From the human T2T-CHM13v2.0 reference genome, Homo sapiens: 64,000 bases of DNA. The position numbers were made by a program, and so were the translations under genes. Positions 60,639 through 64,000 of this stretch are shown piece by piece (positions within the stretch are counted from its first letter, which is position 1; each line of letters begins with the position of its first letter). Location of the stretch: the NCBI GenBank assembly GCA_009914755.4, contig CP068257.2, forward strand, positions 27,040,001 to 27,104,000. Direction: 5' to 3'. The notes beneath the pieces are model-generated. The model was not told the origin of the DNA, ran no database searches, and worked only from the letters and a program-made list of their open reading frames with translations.

Positions 60639-63600
60639 TAGAGGCAGAGCCAGAGAAAACGAGACTTCAAAAATCTGCCTTTTTTTCTTTAGAAGTGTTG
60701 AAATCATGGCCTACTTGTGTTTTAATGGGTTTTCAGAGCTTAATTAGTCCATAGACTGTTAAAAAAAAAAAGAAGAAGAAAAGATGAGCTGCTCTATGAT
60801 TCCCCAGCTGCCTTAGAAATGTGCACCAAGCTTACGATGAAAATTTGTAAGGAACATATATTTATTTTAAGGATTCTCAAGAGCTCTGGAGAACTGTGCC
60901 TTTCTCTACATACATCACTTCACTGCTCTCATATCTCAGTTAAGTGAGCTAAATTCACCAAGCCCTGCTTAACTTCACAAGCCAGGTCTGCCAGAACTCT
61001 GGGAGGTGTCCATTGCTGATTGGCAGCTAGCCAGTAATATACACAAAGAATGCAAGGATGAGAGGATGACCTACGAAGTAAAGAATCATGTTCAGGGAGA
61101 AACACAGGAAGGGGCAGGTTGGGAGCAAACACTGAAAAGCCAATTGCACTGTGTTTTCATTTGTTTGGAGAGGGCATTATGGGAGGGCTGGAGGATTGTT
61201 TCTTAGCTTCTTCCAACAACAGTTAGATAATTGCTGCAAGTGGAGAGCTCAGAATAGCAACAATTTGCCGACACATGAGGGCCCCTCTTTACATGTTCAT
61301 CTTTTTGGTCACCTTCCACTTATGTATGTGTTATTGAAGTAGCAATGGACACTTTGAACTTTCTTTCTCAGAAAGCTATTAGCTTAGCTGGTGTTCTGTA
61401 TTATTTCCACATTTAAGCAATAAAGCAGTGTTTCTTTGTAAAAATCTGACTTTTTTCAGTTAAGTTTGTTGCCAGATCTCCCAAAAAGACAGCTGAAGTC
61501 TATTACATATGTTGATCGCTATTATTGGGAGAAGGTGTTGGCAACCTTTTGAGTGGGCTGTGATGTTGCCAATGTGTTTTTCCAACAAGGTAAGGATGAG
61601 ACAAGATAAAGGGCAAGGAAGGGGGAAAGGGTGCTGATGTGGACACAGAGAACGTCTCCCTCTTGCTGTCCTCCCTCTGCTTTCCATCAAGGTCAAGTGT
61701 CTCTTGTAAACACCGGCAGGGACAGTTCAATCTGCCCATCTCTGACACTTGGGTCTCCCTTTCTGTGACCCGGGAAACAGTCCCACGGAGAAGCCAGGAC
61801 CCTGGGCCTTCTCCCTGGGGGCTCTTTATGCAGGTCACTGCCCCACTCCCTGAACTCCGAAACAACAGAGCTTACGTCCTAGGAAAACCTCCCAGAGATG
61901 GCTCTAGTCCCCAACATTTTTGCAATTGCAACATTTCTTATCCTATAATAATACAAAAACTTCCACATTTAAATGCATTCATTCAACAGAGGCCAACTTC
62001 AGCACATGCACTTCTGGGGCACTTGTGTTTACAATGGGGACAAAACAAGACAGTTGGTGTCCGTGGGCAGCTTAATCCTAGTCATTTTAATGCATTTTGC
62101 TTTCAATTAGCTTTCTCTGAATAATTCTATGACCACATTGAAATTGTGAGTGACATCCTGAAATATACCTACACTGGATCGTAAACCACAGTGAAAAAAA
62201 TATATAAATATCGCCCTTTCCAGAAGCTCATGTGTACTTAAAATGAAACCAAAAAAACCTAAATTAGGTATTCACAGATACCCTTTTGAGAAATTCGCGA
62301 GAGCAGCAAAAGTACATTGACATGCGTATTTCTGACCCCATTTGATGACCTGAAACATTTCCTCCCTCTTCATTTTCTATTGCTGAACCACAGTATTTTC
62401 CTGTTTGGCACAGATCAAGAACACAGGTCTTTCTCTTTTTTCGTTTTTCCCACTGAGGCTATGAAATTGGCCATTCAGTTATTATAGTAAGGATTAGTAA
62501 GGACATTTCAAACACAACTAATTAAAGAAGTGTTTTCTGAAATTAAGATATTTTTGTTTAATTACATTAGAAGGAACTAAATATAATATGGTATAGATAA
62601 AAATAGACAGAATTACTCAGAACTGAGGGAAAAAATAAGTAGTGAGAAAATGTTAATAAGATCTGAATGCCATCTTCGTGGCATTTTTCCCTAAACTTCA
62701 TCAGTTGGGAGAAAACTAAATCTTCAATATTAAAAACAAGTCTTATGAGCAAAAATTACTGTCCGGTCACCCTCCAGAGCAGGGTGCTGTCTAAACAGAA
62801 CTTTCTGTGATGATGGAAATGTTCTCTATCTGTACTGTCCCTATAGCCATTAGCCCTAGGTGCCTATTCAAATTTAAATTAACTAAAATTCAATAAAATT
62901 AACAATTCTGTTTTTCAGCGACAGTAGCCACATTTTAAGTGCTCAAAAGCAACACATGGCCAGTGTCTACCATATTGGACAGCACAGTTCTAGAAGCCAG
63001 GAAAGAAGGTTAAATACACAGTGAAAATACACACCCAAGGTTTTCCAAACATAAGTAGAAATGGGAAATTTTTCCCGAAAGACCTCTATGGAGCATGAGA
63101 AGAAAGGTCTACTTTGTATCATCTGGAGGATTTTTTCCTCTTTCCATCAAGTTTCAGCCAATAATTAAAACAAGTTAGCAATATTTTTCATCCCAACACC
63201 TTGTGTAAATTCTTGTCTTCCCCCAAAGAGTTCCCTTGATATGCGTTTTACACACCGTCTATAGAAAAAGCACTTTCCAAACACCCAGTGTATGTTTTTC
63301 ATGTAAATTCACTTTTCTGATCCTTTTAGTATATTTATAATGGAAATTCTCTCTACTTAAAGCCTATCTATATCTTAGCAACCACAGTTTCCAAAGCTAT
63401 TCCATGAAGCAGGTTTCTCTATTTACTTTTGTCTATTTGTGTAGCCCAGACCACGCAATAAGATTTTCAAACTGGCCAAAACACATGAACATAGACAAAG
63501 TCCTTTATTGTGTGGGTAACCCTTTGGAATGTCTTATTCCCTATGAGAGCTGACATAAAGCAGGAATTCAAATGACAGTGGGTCAAAACCTGAGGGCCAA

Positions 63601-64000
63601 CTGCAGATTTCAGCCTACTTTACAGTCCGTTGGCTATCATAGCTTCCATATGGGCAATAGTGATTGTTTATGAATTAATCCATGCAAAATATATCAAATC
63701 TAGTTGGAGAGGATTTTTGTGGGAGAGAAAAGGTACCCTTCCTTCACCAGCCTCGGCTTCATGCTAAAGTATTTCACAACTACAGTGTTTTCATAAGCTT
63801 AGAATTCAAATGAGGCCAAAAACTATCAAAAGCAACCTGCTATCTTTACCTGACCCAGAAGTTTACAAGATTGAATTCCTAGAAATTATTGGCTTTATTC
63901 TTCTGGAGTCTGCTCAAGTCTAGATAGGCAAGAAAGAACCTAACAGATCAATGCCTCTTAAGGGAATTGATCCCTTCTGCCCAACTTCCTGGGCAGAGTG

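Noticed and set aside
61503-62124. Overlapping 161-aa (+) and 120-aa (-) ORFs in a slightly GC-richer patch, considered as a possible exon or small gene.
   Set aside because: Opposite-strand ORFs of similar length over the same span are the expected background in GC-richer DNA. There is no recognisable domain motif, no obvious splice-site-bounded segment and no repeat-free conserved-looking core. It is left as unannotated non-coding.

Overview
This window is primate (human-type) nuclear DNA. It is AT-rich and repeat-dense, and I could not support any protein-coding exon, RNA gene, operon or CRISPR array in it. The identifiable content is transposable-element derived:

- **Full-length L1PA-type LINE-1, about 81-6251 (+).** It has a roughly 1 kb 5'UTR that still keeps many CpGs. 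Both reading frames are disrupted: ORF1 is broken by a frameshift, and ORF2 (endonuclease, reverse transcriptase and C-terminal Cys-rich domains) is split into 7 pieces. The element ends in an old-type 3'UTR and an A-rich tail. The whole insertion is bracketed by an intact 13-bp target-site duplication, TAAAATTCTTTAA.
- **Two older 5'-truncated L1 copies.** One is at 23527-26496 (+) and the other at 37820-41775 (-). The second carries an Alu nested at 40655-40944.
- **Older L1 3'-end fragments.** One lies at about 15885-16345 (+). There are also two very short L1 3'-end stubs at 54722-54944 (+) and 56891-57012 (-).
- **About 15 Alu elements** of mixed J, S and Y age. Several are young-looking, with near-perfect 8-19-bp target-site duplications.
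- **MaLR LTR retrotransposons.** There are two solo THE1-type LTRs with perfect 5-bp target-site duplications. There is also a three-level nested structure at 18426-21040: an MST-type LTR split by a THE1 element, which is itself split by a solo THE1 LTR. Several MLT/MST-type fragments are also present.
- **Other repeats.** A MITE-like element with terminal inverted repeats; CA, GTTT, GGTT and TA microsatellites; two long A-homopolymers; and an 18-bp-unit minisatellite.

All six-frame ORFs longer than 60 aa are explained by L1 ORF1/ORF2 remnants, Alu-derived pseudo-frames or THE1 internal sequence. The most unusual sequence-level observations are:

- three separate local direct-repeat pairs, 0.2-0.6 kb units spaced 0.7-1.4 kb apart, that I cannot assign to a named family;
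- an Alu lacking a poly(A) tail, flanked by a 7-bp direct repeat;
- the nested MaLR insertion series.

I see no sequence evidence for a novel 'biological system' in the prokaryotic sense. Family names for the older LTR-class repeats are given from memory of consensus sequences and are hedged accordingly.
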